Source: a virus
Lineage: Duplodnaviria; Caudoviricetes
IMG/VR virus record: IMGVR_UViG_3300034071_001210
Span: 32,001-96,000 of that record
Direction: 5' to 3' (one strand)
DNA: 64,000 nucleotides
Each line of letters starts with the position of its first letter. Position 1 is the first letter of the stretch. The position numbers and the translations under genes were made by a program. Positions 62,318-64,000 of the stretch are shown one piece after another. The notes under the pieces were generated by a model, which saw nothing but the letters and a program-made list of their open reading frames with translations, was not told the origin of the DNA and made no database searches.

Positions 62318-64000
62318 TTATGAAAGGGGGTCATATGAAGATGTGGGGATATACTGGAATGGAATATCAACAAATGTTGGTAATACCGCTTGAATATTCG
62401 CTAAACCCTGTGGGGTTAATTTAAAGTTTAAAGCAGTGTAACCAATAAATCCAGGATCAGTAGCAGTAATCATTTCTAATCCCATGCTAAATCCACCAAC
62501 TGTAAGTCCTGCACCTACAAAAGTTGCGGATCCTGTTGGACCTTTAACTAGAACATTTGTCGAAATAGTATTTTTAATTGTATTAATGAAATTAACATCA
62601 GTTGTTAATGATATTCCACCACCCGATACATTGTACATAGTTGTATAATATGGGTTTGCTGTTGTGTAAACATCACTTTTTAAGTTTACCGTAGGCATTA
62701 TACCATTTCGATTTGCATCAGTTTGATATCCAAAACCCCCATAATTAGTTTGATTATATGTATAGGGATTATATCCTGTGGCAAAACAGATACCTCCACT
62801 CGGACCGAATGGACCACCATCTACATCATACCATGTAAAATTTTCTGGATTTATAATACCCCATTTTTGTGAATCCAATGATGTATTCCAATATGATGTA
62901 GTATATTGTGTTGCATTAACTGAGTTACTACATTCAATAAAAATATTATTTGTTATGGTATGAAATACTCCACCATTAAAGAATATTGCGCCACCACTAC
63001 CCGCTCCACAATTATAAAATACATTACCATATATATTTGAATAACTTTCTAAATCATCATAGTAAATAGCCATCGTAAGAGCTGTTCTTGGTCCAGTACA
63101 TCCTGTCGCATCAGAATAATACGTTCCACCCGGCAATTGACTTTTTATATTATTAAAAAAATTATATCTTATAGTTTTTCCAAAATGAGACGCATTTCTT
63201 CCAGAATATATTCCACCAGCATCATCGCTTTCAGATATTAAATTATATAAATGGTTGTATTCAATGACATGATTATTTCCACTTTGTAGAATACCATATG
63301 TTCCTTCTCCAATTAAATTATAAGATGCAACATTTCCAACACCATTGATACAAAGTCCAAAATGTTTTGTGTTATTCTTAAGTCCAAAGCGTTTTATTGA
63401 ACACCCTGTTACAATATTATTAGCTGGAACCAATGTTTGTCTATTACCACCAATATTAACAATACCAACCATTCCAATATCATGTATCTTGCAACGATCA
63501 ATGATATTATTTCGCCCACCCATACATTGAATACCAGTATGATTAATATTATAGATATGACAGTTTTTTATTGTAACATTTTGACACAGATTTAATTCTA
63601 TACCAGAACCAGCACTATCTCTAAAAATTAACCCATCAATAGTAAGATTTTTAACTTTATAAAATTTAAATAATGATGTTATTGCATTTTTAGTATTCTG
63701 TGCATATCTAGATTGCAATCCAGAAACTGACGAATAACCAACTCCCTGTATGTCTGCACCTGTCCATCCAACATATGGAAATATACCAGTACCAGTTGTA
63801 GCTGGATTTCCAACCAATGGATTAAAGCCAATTTCACCGGTATTTCCAGTAGTGGTTGTAAATTCTCCTTCAGTATATGCAGCTGCTCCATTTAATGCTC
63901 TATGTGTTAATTTAATCGATGAAGTCGAACCAATTGTAGCGGGAGGCCAAAAATATAACATTTTGGTTGTGCGATCAATATAATATTCTTTAGGAGAATC
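62318..64000 (-). CDS. Right-handed beta-helix (pectate-lyase-like) protein, probable tailspike/depolymerase; 5' end outside window
   Basis: Frame open to the window end (DSPKELYIDRTTKMLYFWPP); Asn-ladder repeats, DAGGIY, AIYYDD. Confidence 0.8.
   Translation of the reverse strand, partial: DSPKEYYIDRTTKMLYFWPPATIGSTSSIKLTHRALNGAAAYTEGEFTTTTGNTGEIGFNPLVGNPATTGTGIFPYVGWTGADIQGVGYSSVSGLQSRYAQNTKNAITSLFKFYKVKNLTIDGLIFRDSAGSGIELNLCQNVTIKNCHIYNINHTGIQCMGGRNNIIDRCKIHDIGMVGIVNIGGNRQTLVPANNIVTGCSIKRFGLKNNTKHFGLCINGVGNVASYNLIGEGTYGILQSGNNHVIEYNHLYNLISESDDAGGIYSGRNASHFGKTIRYNFFNNIKSQLPGGTYYSDATGCTGPRTALTMAIYYDDLESYSNIYGNVFYNCGAGSGGAIFFNGGVFHTITNNIFIECSNSVNATQYTTSYWNTSLDSQKWGIINPENFTWYDVDGGPFGPSGGICFATGYNPYTYNQTNYGGFGYQTDANRNGIMPTVNLKSDVYTTANPYYTTMYNVSGGGISLTTDVNFINTIKNTISTNVLVKGPTGSATFVGAGLTVGGFSMGLEMITATDPGFIGYTALNFKLTPQGLANIQAVLPTFVDIPFQYIPTSSYDPLS

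Noticed and set aside
1-64000. Alternative genetic code or stop-codon reassignment
   Set aside because: Core genes are full length under code 11, and the TAA-anticodon tRNA reads UUA (Leu), not a stop codon

Overview
A 64-kb stretch of an AT-rich T4-like myovirus genome. (i) 1-26.5 kb is the conserved T4-type core: uvsY, uvsW, gp3, gp23, gp22, gp21, gp67/68-like, gp20, two gp19 paralogues, a short gp18, gp17-gp13, a compact baseplate block, gp4, gp54, gp26/gp51, gp32 and gp33. (ii) 26.5-41 kb and 54-64 kb are AT-rich accessory and late genes: fibre-like proteins, a 1195-aa Cys-rich protein, a ferritin-like protein, a deaminase, lysozyme, a denV-like glycosylase, guaC, HNH, GroES-like and nucleotidyltransferase genes, a beta-helix protein, and at least 7 proteins starting with a T4 internal-protein-like capsid-targeting leader MK(K/T/S/R)FK(E/Q)(F/Y)LxE. 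(iii) 41.3-53.2 kb is a visibly GC-richer island built as an array of cassettes. It has 13 copies of one promoter, (Y)TGCAGTCACRACA-N9-TAYAAT-N6-start, which makes 12 of the 13 transcripts leaderless. It also has 7 full copies and 1 degenerate copy of a hairpin with invariant feet CTACTATCAG...CTGATAGTTG and a variable but self-complementary interior, each followed by a GGA-rich tract. This hairpin/GGA/UP/promoter/leaderless-ORF module is the best candidate for an undescribed system. Other highlights: a probable -1 frameshift fusing the gp26- and gp51-like ORFs, a fixed 16-nt -35/-10 spacer in the promoters found, four tRNAs for A/U-rich codons (including Ile-UAU), tandem DnaA boxes, and a PEP-CTERM-like (VPSPG) protein hinting at a planctomycete host. 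All calls come from motif recognition and synteny by eye; no database searches were run.
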